DNA from: an uncultured delta proteobacterium
Lineage (GTDB): Bacteria > Myxococcota_A > Polyangia > Polyangiales > Polyangiaceae
Length of the DNA stretch: 64,000 nucleotides
NCBI GenBank assembly: GCA_963782055.1
Contig: CAWAIF010000003.1
Coordinates: 3,712,001-3,776,000 of the forward strand
Direction: 5' to 3'
Shown here: positions 28,862 through 37,730 of the stretch, piece by piece
Layout of the letters: the number at the start of each line of letters is the position of its first letter
Position numbering within the stretch: position 1 is the stretch's first letter
Position numbers and translations under genes: made by a program
The notes under the pieces: generated by a model
Databases searched by the model: none
The model's input: only the letters and a program-made list of their open reading frames with translations
What the model was told of the DNA's origin: nothing

Positions 28862-28956
28862 GTGGGGCCCCAATGAATTCACTTCATTGGGGCGGGGCGG
28901 CGCGTGCCGCCCCGATGACAAGTGAAAGACCTGTCCAGCATCTCTGGACAGGTCTT
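28862..28956. repeat. Cluster of three perfect inverted repeats (REP-like)
   Basis: 28867-28877/28883-28893 (11 bp); 28893-28901/28906-28914 (9 bp); 28926-28938/28944-28956 (13 bp). Confidence 0.75.
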
Positions 28957-28994
28957 GGAGCCCGCGGCCGGGCGGTTTGCTACATTGCCCCACC

Positions 28995-29927
28995 GTGCGC
29001 AGCGACGTCGTGAGCCTGGTGATGGCGGCCTACAACCGCGCGCACACCCTCGACCGCGCCATCGAGAGCGTGCTCCGGCAGACCTACCCGCACTGGGAGC
29101 TGGTCATCGTCGACGACGGCTCCACCGACGGCACCGACGAGGTGCTCGGCCGCAGGCGCGACGAGCGCATCCGGGTCGTGCGCCACGATCGCAACCGCGG
29201 CGTCACCGCCGCCAAGAACACCGGCTTCGACCACGCCCGCGGCGACTGGATCGCCACGCTGGACTCCGACGACGAGATCGTCCCGCAGGCGCTCGCGGTG
29301 CTCCTTCGCCCCCTCGACGAGGTGGACCCGGACCTGGACGCGGTCGGCTGCAACTGCTTCGACTCGCAGACGGGCACGCTCACCGGTCGCGGCCTGCGGC
29401 GCGATCAGTTCATCAGCGTGCCCATCATGCTGGACGTGCTGCGCGGCGAGCACTGGGGCATGTTCCACCGCCGCATCCTGGGCAACCGGCGCTTCAACGA
29501 GCGCATCCGCGGCAGCGAGGGGCTGCTCTGGTGCCGCATCTACGACGGCGCCAAGTGGTACTACGTGCACCGTGGGCTGCGCGTCTACCACACCGAGGGC
29601 GACGACCGCCTCACCTCCAGCGCCGCCCCCGCGCGCGATCGCGAGCGCCGCCGCTACGAGATGTACCGCGCCATCTTCGACGAGGAGTCGGCGCTGCTCC
29701 ACCACATCCGCCGCCTGAGCGTGCGCGAGTACCGGAGCATCCTGCGGGAGGCCGCGCGCTCCTTCCTGCTCGCCGGCGACGGCGAGCGCCTGGGCGAGGC
29801 GGTACGCAACCTGGAGGAGAGCGGGGAGCACCTGCGCCCCGGCCTGCTGCGCGCCGGCGCCCGCCTCTCGCCCCTCCTCCGCGCCCTGCGCGGCCCGGGG
29901 CCGGTGGAGAAGGAGATGCGGCGATGA
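28995..29927 (+). CDS. Glycosyltransferase family 2
   Basis: VSLVMAAYNR, ELVIVDDGSTD, TLDSDD. Confidence 0.9.
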   Translation: MRSDVVSLVMAAYNRAHTLDRAIESVLRQTYPHWELVIVDDGSTDGTDEVLGRRRDERIRVVRHDRNRGVTAAKNTGFDHARGDWIATLDSDDEIVPQALAVLLRPLDEVDPDLDAVGCNCFDSQTGTLTGRGLRRDQFISVPIMLDVLRGEHWGMFHRRILGNRRFNERIRGSEGLLWCRIYDGAKWYYVHRGLRVYHTEGDDRLTSSAAPARDRERRRYEMYRAIFDEESALLHHIRRLSVREYRSILREAARSFLLAGDGERLGEAVRNLEESGEHLRPGLLRAGARLSPLLRALRGPGPVEKEMRR

Positions 29928-30820
29928 TCTCGCTGGTCATGCCCACCTTCAACCGCGCGCACGTCCTCGGCCGCGCGGTGCGCAGCATGCTGGCGCAGAC
30001 CCACGACGACTGGGAGCTGGTCATCGTGGACGGCGCCTCCACCGACGACACCGAGGCGGTGGTGCGCGCCTTCGGCGATCCGCGCATCCGGCTGGTGCGG
30101 CAGCCGGAGAACACAGGCCACATCTCCGGCCGCAACCTGGGCCTGGACGAGGCGCGCGGCGAGTGGCTGGGCATGCTGGACTCCGACGACGAGCTGGTCC
30201 CGCAGGCGCTCGGCATGCTGATGCGCGCCCTGGACGAGGTGGACCCCGAGCTGGACGCCATCTCGTGCAACTGCTTCGACGCCCGCACCAGGCGCTTCAC
30301 CGGCACCGGCCTGCGGCGCGACGGGTGGCTGACGGTGGGCCTCTCCCTCGACCGCTGCCGCGGGGAGCACTGGGGCATCTTCCGGCGGCGCATCCTGGGC
30401 TCGCGCCGCTTCGACGAGCGCATCCGCGGCTACGAGGGCCTGCTCTGGTACCGCATCCACGACGGCGCGCGCTGGTACTACCTGCACAGGGGCCTGCGCA
30501 TCTACCACCGCGAGGGCGCCGACCGGAACAGCATCCAGCCAGGCACCGACTACGGCCTCTACAAGTCCATCTTCGACTTCGACCCAGGGTACGTCACGCG
30601 CCTGCGCACCTGGAGCCCGCGCGCCTACCGCCGCTTCAACTTCAACGCCGCCGGTCAGTTCCTCTACGCCGGCGACCGCGAGCGCTTCGAGCGCGCCCTC
30701 GCCAACCTGCGCGCGAGCGGCGACGCGATGCGCCCGGCGGTGCTGCGCGTCGGCATGGGCGTCTACCCGGTGCTCAAGCCGGCGATCTTGCGCGCGAGTC
30801 AGTACCTCGACAGGAGGTGA
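29924..30820 (+). CDS. Glycosyltransferase family 2 (tandem paralog)
   Basis: ATGA overlap; ISLVMPTFNR, VDGASTD, LDSDD; shares LDEVDP..CNCFD..RGEHWG with neighbour. Confidence 0.9.
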   Translation: MISLVMPTFNRAHVLGRAVRSMLAQTHDDWELVIVDGASTDDTEAVVRAFGDPRIRLVRQPENTGHISGRNLGLDEARGEWLGMLDSDDELVPQALGMLMRALDEVDPELDAISCNCFDARTRRFTGTGLRRDGWLTVGLSLDRCRGEHWGIFRRRILGSRRFDERIRGYEGLLWYRIHDGARWYYLHRGLRIYHREGADRNSIQPGTDYGLYKSIFDFDPGYVTRLRTWSPRAYRRFNFNAAGQFLYAGDRERFERALANLRASGDAMRPAVLRVGMGVYPVLKPAILRASQYLDRR

Positions 30821-31779
30821 AGCGGCGCGCGCCCGACGTCCTCCGGGCGGAGGCGCGCCGCCGCGGACGCCATCGGGTGCGCCGGCCCCACCTGCACCAG
30901 CCACACCCCGAGCACGCGCAGCGCGGCGGGCGGCATCAGCCGGAAGGGGTGCGCCAGCCGGTCGCGCACCGCCAGCACCTCGCCCTGCTCTACCACATGC
31001 GTCGAGCTCGCGTAGACGAGCGCGAGACCCTGCCGCCGCCCCAGCTCCAGGTACTCAGGCAGGCGCACGCGGTTGGGGAGGTCGATGTGCGAGCTCATCG
31101 CGCGGTAGACGCGCTCGGGGAAGAGCAGGAAGTCCAGCTCGTGATCGAAGCGGTTGCCGTGGCAGCGCAGGTCCACCTTGTGGATGAGCACCGCGTCGTC
31201 GGTGGCGACCTCGCCCAGGTCGGCGAAGAGCGTGTCCAGATCGCCCACGTGCTCCAGCACCGCGCGGGAGATCACCCGGTCGAAGCGCTTGCCCCCGGCG
31301 CGGAGCGCCGCCGCGGACGTGTGCACGCTGCACCCATCGAGGAGCTCCTGGGCCCGCCCGTAGGACGCATCCTCCCCGGCGCGGCGCAGGAGCGGGCCGT
31401 AGATCGCCTCCAGGTAGCGGTCCTTGCGGGACTGGATGTCGTAGGGGTCGTAGCCCTCGCACGCCGCCGCCCCACGCAGGCGGGCGAGCAGCGCCACCGA
31501 GCGCGTGTCGCCAGGGCCGAGCTCGAGCACCCGCCGGCCGCGGAAGAGGTCCTCGCCGGGGCGCACCACCCCCACGTGCTCCGCCATCGCCTGGTAGTCG
31601 CCCGCCACCGCCTCGAAGTAGTCCGCCCCCGCCTCCCCGTTGCGATCGTCCCCGCGGCCCGTATCGCCCGTGAGGCGCTGCAGCGCGGCGGACACGGCGG
31701 GCGCGCGCCGCGTGAGCTGGTTGTAGGCGGCGTGGTACGCGAAGGAGCGACCCGCCCAGAGGGCCTTGCCGAGACGCAT
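30799..31779 (-). CDS. Class I SAM-dependent methyltransferase (paralog of 26461-27438)
   Basis: VLELGPGDTR, SRAVLEHV, HKVDLRCHG, ELDFLLFP, LRVLGVWLVQVGP shared. Confidence 0.8.
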   Translation of the reverse strand: MRLGKALWAGRSFAYHAAYNQLTRRAPAVSAALQRLTGDTGRGDDRNGEAGADYFEAVAGDYQAMAEHVGVVRPGEDLFRGRRVLELGPGDTRSVALLARLRGAAACEGYDPYDIQSRKDRYLEAIYGPLLRRAGEDASYGRAQELLDGCSVHTSAAALRAGGKRFDRVISRAVLEHVGDLDTLFADLGEVATDDAVLIHKVDLRCHGNRFDHELDFLLFPERVYRAMSSHIDLPNRVRLPEYLELGRRQGLALVYASSTHVVEQGEVLAVRDRLAHPFRLMPPAALRVLGVWLVQVGPAHPMASAAARLRPEDVGRAPLHLLSRY

Positions 31780-31904
31780 GGACCCCCGCGCTATAGCCGA
31801 AGCGGCGCCCGATGCCGAGGCCGCCGGGCGAACGCCAGAAAGCCGGCGCCGGGCGTGCGCTCGCGCTTCAGTTGGACTACAACCCCGGCTGCGAGGAGGC
31901 TTCC

Positions 31905-33245
31905 GTGAAACTCGTTGCTTTCGGCGCCGGATACGTGGGGCTCGTCACCGGGACGGGCCTCGCCGAGCTCGGCCACGACGTGCTCATCGTCGACATCGAC
32001 CCCGACCGCATCCAGCGCCTGAACGACGGCGTCATCCCCATCTACGAGCCCGGCCTCGCCGACCTGGTGCGCCGCAACGAGCGCAACGGCCGCCTGCGCT
32101 TCGCCACCGCGCTCCTGCCCGAGTACACCGACGCCGACGTCTACTTCATCTGCGTGGGCACCCCCCCGGACGAGAAGGGCGACGCCGACACCCGGGCGGT
32201 GCTCACCGCCGCCGACACCATCGCGGCCGCCGCGAAGAAGGACGCCCTCGTCGCGGTCAAGAGCACCGTGCCCGTGGGCACCTGTGACGCCGTGCAGGAC
32301 CGCCTGGCGGCCTCTGCGGTGCACCTGGAGGCCGTGTCCAACCCGGAGTTCCTGAAGGAGGGCGCCGCCCTCAACGACTTCTTCCGCCCCGACCGCGTCA
32401 TCCTCGGCGCCGACAGCGAGCGCGCCCACGAGAAGCTGCGCGATCTCTACGCCCCGCTGCAGCTCTCCGGCGAGCGCGTCGTCATGACCGACCGCCGCTC
32501 CAGCGAGCTCATCAAGTACGCCTCCAACACCATGCTCGCCATGCGCGTCAGCTTCATGAACGAGCTGTCTCGCCTCTGTCACGTGACCGGCGCCGACATC
32601 CACGCCGTGCGGCTGGGCGTCGGCTCCGACGCCCGCATCGGCAAGCGCTTTTTGTACGCCGGCCCCGGCTACGGCGGCTCCTGCTTCCCCAAGGACGTGC
32701 ACGCCCTCATCCACCTGGGCGCCAAGCACGGCGTACCCATGCGCCTCGCCGAGGCCACGCACCAGGCCAACAAGGAGCAGGGGCGCTTCCTGGTGGAGCT
32801 GGTGGAGTCCGCGGTCGGCCCGCTGCGCGACAAGGTCATCGCCCTCTGGGGCCTCGCCTTCAAGCCGGAGACCGACGACGTGCGCGAGGCTCCCGCCGTC
32901 GCCCTCGCGGAGGCGCTCCTCGCCAAGGGCGCCACCCTTGTCGGCCACGATCCCGAGGCCGGCGCCAGCTTCGACCGCGTCATGCGCGGCCGCGTGCGCA
33001 TCGTCGCTCGCGACTACGACGCCGTCACCGGCGCGGACGCCCTGGTCCTGCTCACCGAGTGGCGCAGCTACCGCGCCCCCAACTTCCCGGAGATCAAGCG
33101 GGTGATGCGCGGCGACGCCGTCATCGACGCCCGCAACGTCTGGCGCCCCAGCGAGGTGATCCGCGCCGGCCTCCGCTACCAGGGCGTGGGCGTGCACACC
33201 CTCGACCCTTCGCGCCTCTCCTCGCCGCGCCTGCCGGGGGAGTGA
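31905..33245 (+). CDS. ugd: UDP-glucose 6-dehydrogenase
   Basis: GAGYVGL, ICVGTP, KSTVPVG, SNPEFLKEG, GYGGSCFPKD, GLAFKPETDD; GAGGAGG SD. Confidence 0.95.
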   Translation: MKLVAFGAGYVGLVTGTGLAELGHDVLIVDIDPDRIQRLNDGVIPIYEPGLADLVRRNERNGRLRFATALLPEYTDADVYFICVGTPPDEKGDADTRAVLTAADTIAAAAKKDALVAVKSTVPVGTCDAVQDRLAASAVHLEAVSNPEFLKEGAALNDFFRPDRVILGADSERAHEKLRDLYAPLQLSGERVVMTDRRSSELIKYASNTMLAMRVSFMNELSRLCHVTGADIHAVRLGVGSDARIGKRFLYAGPGYGGSCFPKDVHALIHLGAKHGVPMRLAEATHQANKEQGRFLVELVESAVGPLRDKVIALWGLAFKPETDDVREAPAVALAEALLAKGATLVGHDPEAGASFDRVMRGRVRIVARDYDAVTGADALVLLTEWRSYRAPNFPEIKRVMRGDAVIDARNVWRPSEVIRAGLRYQGVGVHTLDPSRLSSPRLPGE

Positions 33246-33249
33246 CGCC

Positions 33250-34209
33250 ATGGCGCGCTGGCTCGTCACCGGCGGCGTGGGCTTCATCGGCTACCACCTG
33301 TGCGCCGCGATGCTCGCGCGCGGTGACGAGGTCACCGTCATCGACGACTTCAGCGACGCCCCCTACCCCGCCGCCGAGAAGCGCCGCAACGAGCGCGACC
33401 TGGTGGGGGCCTTCGGCGCTCGTGTCACGATCGTGACGAAGTGTGTTACGGACCGCGAGGCCCTGCGCCCGCACTTCGCCGGCCTGGACGGCGTCATCCA
33501 CCTCGCCGGCCTGGCGGGCGTGCGCCCCTCCTTCCGCGATCCCGCCCGCTACGCGCGCGTCAACGTGGAGGGCACCGCGGTCACGCTGGAGCTCGCCCGG
33601 CAGGCGGGGGTGCCGCGCTACCTCTTCGCCTCCAGCTCCTCGGTCTACGGCAACTCGACCCCGCTGCCGGCGCGCGAGGACGCCCCGGCGATCGAGCCGG
33701 AGTCCCCCTACGCCGCCTCCAAGCGCGGCGCGGAGCTGGTGGCGAGCTCCATCGGCCGCATCGCGCCGGAGCTGCCGTGCACCGCGCTGCGCTTCTTCAC
33801 GGTCTACGGCCCGCGCCAGCGGCCGGAGATGGCCATCACCCTCTTCATGCGCGCGGTGCTCGCGGGCAAGCCCATCTCCGTCTTCGGCGATGGATCCATG
33901 CGCCGCGACTTCACCCACGTCGACGACATCGTGCGCGGGGTGCTCGCCGCCGCGGAGAAGGCGCCGCGCGGCTTCCGCGCCTACAACCTGGGCTCCGGCG
34001 CGCCCATCCGCCTGGGGGACCTGGTCACCGCCATCGGCGAGGCCGCCGGCAAGGCCCCGGTGGTGGAGCGCGCGCCCGTCCCGCCCGGCGATGTCGACGC
34101 GACCTTCGCCGACATCCGCCGCGCCGCCGAGGAGCTCGGCTGGTCCCCGCGCGTCCTCGTGCGCGACGGTCTGCAGACCGTCCGCGACTGGGTCAGAGAC
34201 CACCCCTGA
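33250..34209 (+). CDS. NAD-dependent epimerase (UDP-glucuronate 4-epimerase-like)
   Basis: TGGVGFIG, HLAGLAGVRPS, ASSSSVYG, YAASK, RFFTVYGP, RDFTH. Confidence 0.9.
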   Translation: MARWLVTGGVGFIGYHLCAAMLARGDEVTVIDDFSDAPYPAAEKRRNERDLVGAFGARVTIVTKCVTDREALRPHFAGLDGVIHLAGLAGVRPSFRDPARYARVNVEGTAVTLELARQAGVPRYLFASSSSVYGNSTPLPAREDAPAIEPESPYAASKRGAELVASSIGRIAPELPCTALRFFTVYGPRQRPEMAITLFMRAVLAGKPISVFGDGSMRRDFTHVDDIVRGVLAAAEKAPRGFRAYNLGSGAPIRLGDLVTAIGEAAGKAPVVERAPVPPGDVDATFADIRRAAEELGWSPRVLVRDGLQTVRDWVRDHP

Positions 34210-34246
34210 GCCGCACTCGTCGACGCGCCCTCTTGGCGCCATCCTC

Positions 34247-35764
34247 TCAGCTCGCGAACTGGGGGTGCTTCTGCTGCGGCGTCGCCCTGCCCGCCGGGCG
34301 CAGGTGGCCCATCAGGTACACGCCGCCGTTCATGATCCCCCACGAGCGCGCGTGGCGGAGCGTCGTCATCCACTGCACCACCTTCGGCCCGGAGGCCGCG
34401 GGGCGCAGGCCGCTCGCCGAGGCGTGGTCCTGCGAGTGCTGGAAGGCCTCCGCCACCCGCTGCTGCACCACGAAGGGATGCGCCCGCTCCCGCGCGACGC
34501 GGCTCGCGTTCATCCCCAGGCGCGCGCGAAGCTGCGGATCGCGGATGAGGGTCACCACCGCCCGGCCGAAGTCGGCGTTGGCGTCGGCCTCCGCCGCCCG
34601 ACCCTTCCCCGGCGGCAGCAGGATGCCGTTCACGCCGTCCTGGAGCTGCGAGGAGATGCCCATGCCGTCGGCGAAGGCGACGGTGGGTGAGCCGCACCAG
34701 AGCGCCTCCCCCATCACGTTGCCGTACGTCTCGCTGAGCGAGACGTGCACGAAGACATCCGCGTAGGCGTAGTAGTCCGCCATCTTCAGGAAGGGCACCT
34801 CCCCGGCGAAGAAGACGCGATCGGCGATGCCCAGCTCCTCCGCCTGACGGCGAAGGAAATCGGTCTGCGGGCCGAGCCCGAGCAGGGTGAGAGTGGCCTC
34901 CGGCTCGGCGGGTAGCACGTGCTTGGCGAAGATGCTCACCAGCCTGTCGTGCGACTTCTCCCGCGTGTGGCGCCCGGCGCAGAGCAGACGCGGGCCACGA
35001 CGCGGCAGGAAGGTGTAGGGGTCCTCGCCCAGCGGGCGATCGAAGATCTCCGGCTGCACGGTGCGCGGCACCACGTGGATGGGCGTCGTGACCCCGCGCT
35101 CGCGCCAGTACGTCCGTAGCCCCTCGGAGAGGACCATGAGCCCGTCACCCTGGTTGTACAGGTTGACGAAGGTGCGCTCGTACGGGCGCTTCAGGATGAT
35201 CTCCAGGCCGGCCTGGAAGGTCTCCATGCGCGACAGCTTCTCCGGGAGCAGGACGTCGTAGGCCGCCGCCAGGTGGGTCGTGTTGACCATCAGCAGGGGG
35301 ATGCCCTTCATCTTCCGCAGCCAGATGCCGAACTCGTGCACCATCGAGGTGACCGAGGCGAAGATGAGGTCGTAGTTCCAGCGGTCGGGGTCGAAGACCC
35401 ACCGCTCCAGGGGCATGGGCAGGTGCAGGCCCGGGTAGCTCCGCAGGGGCATGCTGGGGAGCTGGATGGTACCCGGCGCGAGGTCCTCGGGTATGGCGTC
35501 GGGGTCGTGGGCGCCGATGACTGTGACTTCGTGACCACACCGTCGCAATTCTTGATACAGGTGCCGTGTCTGGAACACTGCACCGTTGGCGTACGTCACC
35601 CGGATGAAATCGCTGAGTAGAGCGATACGCAGCGGGCGCCCGTAGCGGGAGCTGAGGGCCTCGAAGGGGTGAGGCTTCCCGGCGTGCGGATTGCCGACAA
35701 ACGCCGGTCTTTGGGCAGCGCGCGGGGAGGGAAAGCGGAGTAGAGAAGCGGAAGGAGGGCTCAT
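34247..35764 (-). CDS. Glycosyltransferase family 4 (start uncertain)
   Basis: ANGAVFQT, GRHTREK, SETYGNVMGEALWCG. Confidence 0.8.
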   Translation of the reverse strand: MSPPSASLLRFPSPRAAQRPAFVGNPHAGKPHPFEALSSRYGRPLRIALLSDFIRVTYANGAVFQTRHLYQELRRCGHEVTVIGAHDPDAIPEDLAPGTIQLPSMPLRSYPGLHLPMPLERWVFDPDRWNYDLIFASVTSMVHEFGIWLRKMKGIPLLMVNTTHLAAAYDVLLPEKLSRMETFQAGLEIILKRPYERTFVNLYNQGDGLMVLSEGLRTYWRERGVTTPIHVVPRTVQPEIFDRPLGEDPYTFLPRRGPRLLCAGRHTREKSHDRLVSIFAKHVLPAEPEATLTLLGLGPQTDFLRRQAEELGIADRVFFAGEVPFLKMADYYAYADVFVHVSLSETYGNVMGEALWCGSPTVAFADGMGISSQLQDGVNGILLPPGKGRAAEADANADFGRAVVTLIRDPQLRARLGMNASRVARERAHPFVVQQRVAEAFQHSQDHASASGLRPAASGPKVVQWMTTLRHARSWGIMNGGVYLMGHLRPAGRATPQQKHPQFAS

Positions 35765-35773
35765 GGAAAGCCG

Positions 35774-36979
35774 ATGAAAGTCCTGGACGTGACGGAGTTT
35801 TATTCGGAGCGAGGCGGCGGCGTTCGCAGCTACCTCACCCTGAAGAACCACGTTTCGTGCCAGCTTGGTCACGAGCACGTGATCCTGGCGCCCGGCCCGA
35901 GGCGGGCAGCCGGTCCCAACCGGGACCCCAGCTCGAAGGTCATCCGGATCCCCGGGCCCTCGATGCCTTACGACGCCACCTACCACCTGCTGTGGCGCGT
36001 CGACAAGATCCGCGAGGAAATCCGCCGGCAGCAGCCGGACGTGCTGGAGATCCACTCGCCCTACGTGGCGGCCCTGGGGGCGCTGGCGGCCCCGAGGGGG
36101 TCCTTCGGCCTGCGCACCTTCGTCTGGCACTCCGACTTCATCGACACCTACGCCCGCGTCCTGCGGCTACAGGAGCGGATGGGCGCGCGCGCGGCGGACG
36201 CGGTGGTGCGCCCGCTCTGGGCCTGGGTGCGCCGGATCGGCTGGGGGTGCGACGCGACGATCGTGGCGAGCCGGTGGCAACAGGAGAAGCTGGCGAGCCA
36301 CGGCGTGCCCCGGCTGCACCGCCTGCCCTTCGGCGTGGACAAGCAGGTGTTCCGGCCGGAGGCGGCCGGCGAGGCGTGCAGGCAGGAGCTGCTCGGGCCG
36401 GACGGCGGCGATCTGCTGCTCGCGGTGGGGCGTCTGGCGGTCGAGAAGGAGTGGGACGTGGTGCTGGACGCGTTCGTCACGCTGCGGGAGACGCGGCGCG
36501 CCACCCTCGTCGTCTTCGGCGACGGCCCGGAGCGCGCGCGGCTGGAGGCGAAGGTGCGCGGGCGCGCGGACGTCCGCTTCATGGGCTTCGTCACCGACCG
36601 CGCCGCGCTCGCCTCGGCGATGGCCAGCGCCGACGCGCTGGTGCACGCGTGCCCGCACGAGACCTTCGGCATCGGCATGGCGGAGGCGATCGCCTGCGGC
36701 CTGCCCCTGGTGGTACCCGATCGCGGCGGGGCGGTGGAGCAGGCGCGGCCGGAGTACGCCGAGACCTTCGCCTCCGGCGACGCGGCGGCGTGCGCGGCGG
36801 CCGTCGCGCGGCTGCTCGACCGCGATCGCCCGTCGCTGCGCGCCGCGACGCGCGCGGCCGGCGGAGCCGTGCTGGGCCAGCAGGAGCACTTCGAGCGGCT
36901 GTTCGCGCTCTACGAGGAGCTGGGGGCCGCGCGCCGCGCGCGAGGCGGCGCTACGCTCCCGGAGAGGCCCGTCGCGTGA
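35774..36979 (+). CDS. Glycosyltransferase family 4
   Basis: TEFYSERGGGVRSY, VGRLAVEK, ETFGIGMAEAIACGLP. Confidence 0.85.
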   Translation: MKVLDVTEFYSERGGGVRSYLTLKNHVSCQLGHEHVILAPGPRRAAGPNRDPSSKVIRIPGPSMPYDATYHLLWRVDKIREEIRRQQPDVLEIHSPYVAALGALAAPRGSFGLRTFVWHSDFIDTYARVLRLQERMGARAADAVVRPLWAWVRRIGWGCDATIVASRWQQEKLASHGVPRLHRLPFGVDKQVFRPEAAGEACRQELLGPDGGDLLLAVGRLAVEKEWDVVLDAFVTLRETRRATLVVFGDGPERARLEAKVRGRADVRFMGFVTDRAALASAMASADALVHACPHETFGIGMAEAIACGLPLVVPDRGGAVEQARPEYAETFASGDAAACAAAVARLLDRDRPSLRAATRAAGGAVLGQQEHFERLFALYEELGAARRARGGATLPERPVA

Positions 36980-37728
36980 CCGTCCACCTCTCCATCCACG
37001 ACGTCTCCCCCGCCTGGTCGCAGGAGGTGGAGGACGCCCTCGCCGCGTGCCACGCCGTCGGCGGCCGCCCTGCCCTGCTGGTGGTGCCCGACTTCCACGG
37101 CCAGTGGCCCCTGCCCCGCTACCCCGAGTTCTGCAAGCGGCTGCGCGCGCTGCAGCAGGATGGGCACGAGGTCTACCTCCACGGCTACTACCACCTCGCC
37201 GGGCCGGGCGGCGGAGAGGGCGAGGCGCGACGCGGCGACGGTCGCGCGCTGGGCCTGCGCCGCTTCTACGCGCAGCGCGTGGTCTCCGGCGGCGAGGCGG
37301 AGTTCTCCGACGTGTCGCGCGCGGAGGCGGAGCGGCGGCTGGAGGAGGGCGAGAAGGTCCTCGCGGAGGCGGGCCTGCGCATCGACGGCTTCATCGCCCC
37401 GGCGTGGTCGATGCCGCGCTGGCTGATGCCGCTGCTCGCGGCCCGCGGCTACCGCTACACCGAGGACCACATGCGCGTCTACGACCCCGCCGGCCGTCGG
37501 CGGCGCGCCAGCCTGGTGCTCAACTTCGCCAGCCGCACGCCGGCGCGCCTCTGGTCCAGCGTCGCGCTGTGCCGCGCGGCGGGGCCGACGCGCGGGCTGG
37601 TTCCGACGCGCGTGGCGATCCACCCGGGGGACATGCGCCATCCGGTGCTGCGCCGCGAGGTCACGCGCATCCTCACGTGGGCGTCGAAGGATCGCCTCAC
37701 CTCCCACGGCCGCGCGCTGCTGGACTGA
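36976..37728 (+). CDS. Polysaccharide deacetylase-like (DUF2334-type) protein
   Basis: SIHDVSP, LLVVPDFH, LHGYYH, GEAEF, GFIAPAW, RVAIHPGD. Confidence 0.8.
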   Translation: MTVHLSIHDVSPAWSQEVEDALAACHAVGGRPALLVVPDFHGQWPLPRYPEFCKRLRALQQDGHEVYLHGYYHLAGPGGGEGEARRGDGRALGLRRFYAQRVVSGGEAEFSDVSRAEAERRLEEGEKVLAEAGLRIDGFIAPAWSMPRWLMPLLAARGYRYTEDHMRVYDPAGRRRRASLVLNFASRTPARLWSSVALCRAAGPTRGLVPTRVAIHPGDMRHPVLRREVTRILTWASKDRLTSHGRALLD

Positions 37729-37730
37729 CG

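Noticed and set aside
23695..28925. Long Arg/Pro/Ala-rich ORFs across the repeats (23695-25020, 24899-26467, 25017-26384, 26364-28925)
   Set aside because: Translations of low-complexity or antisense GC-rich DNA overlapping better-supported genes
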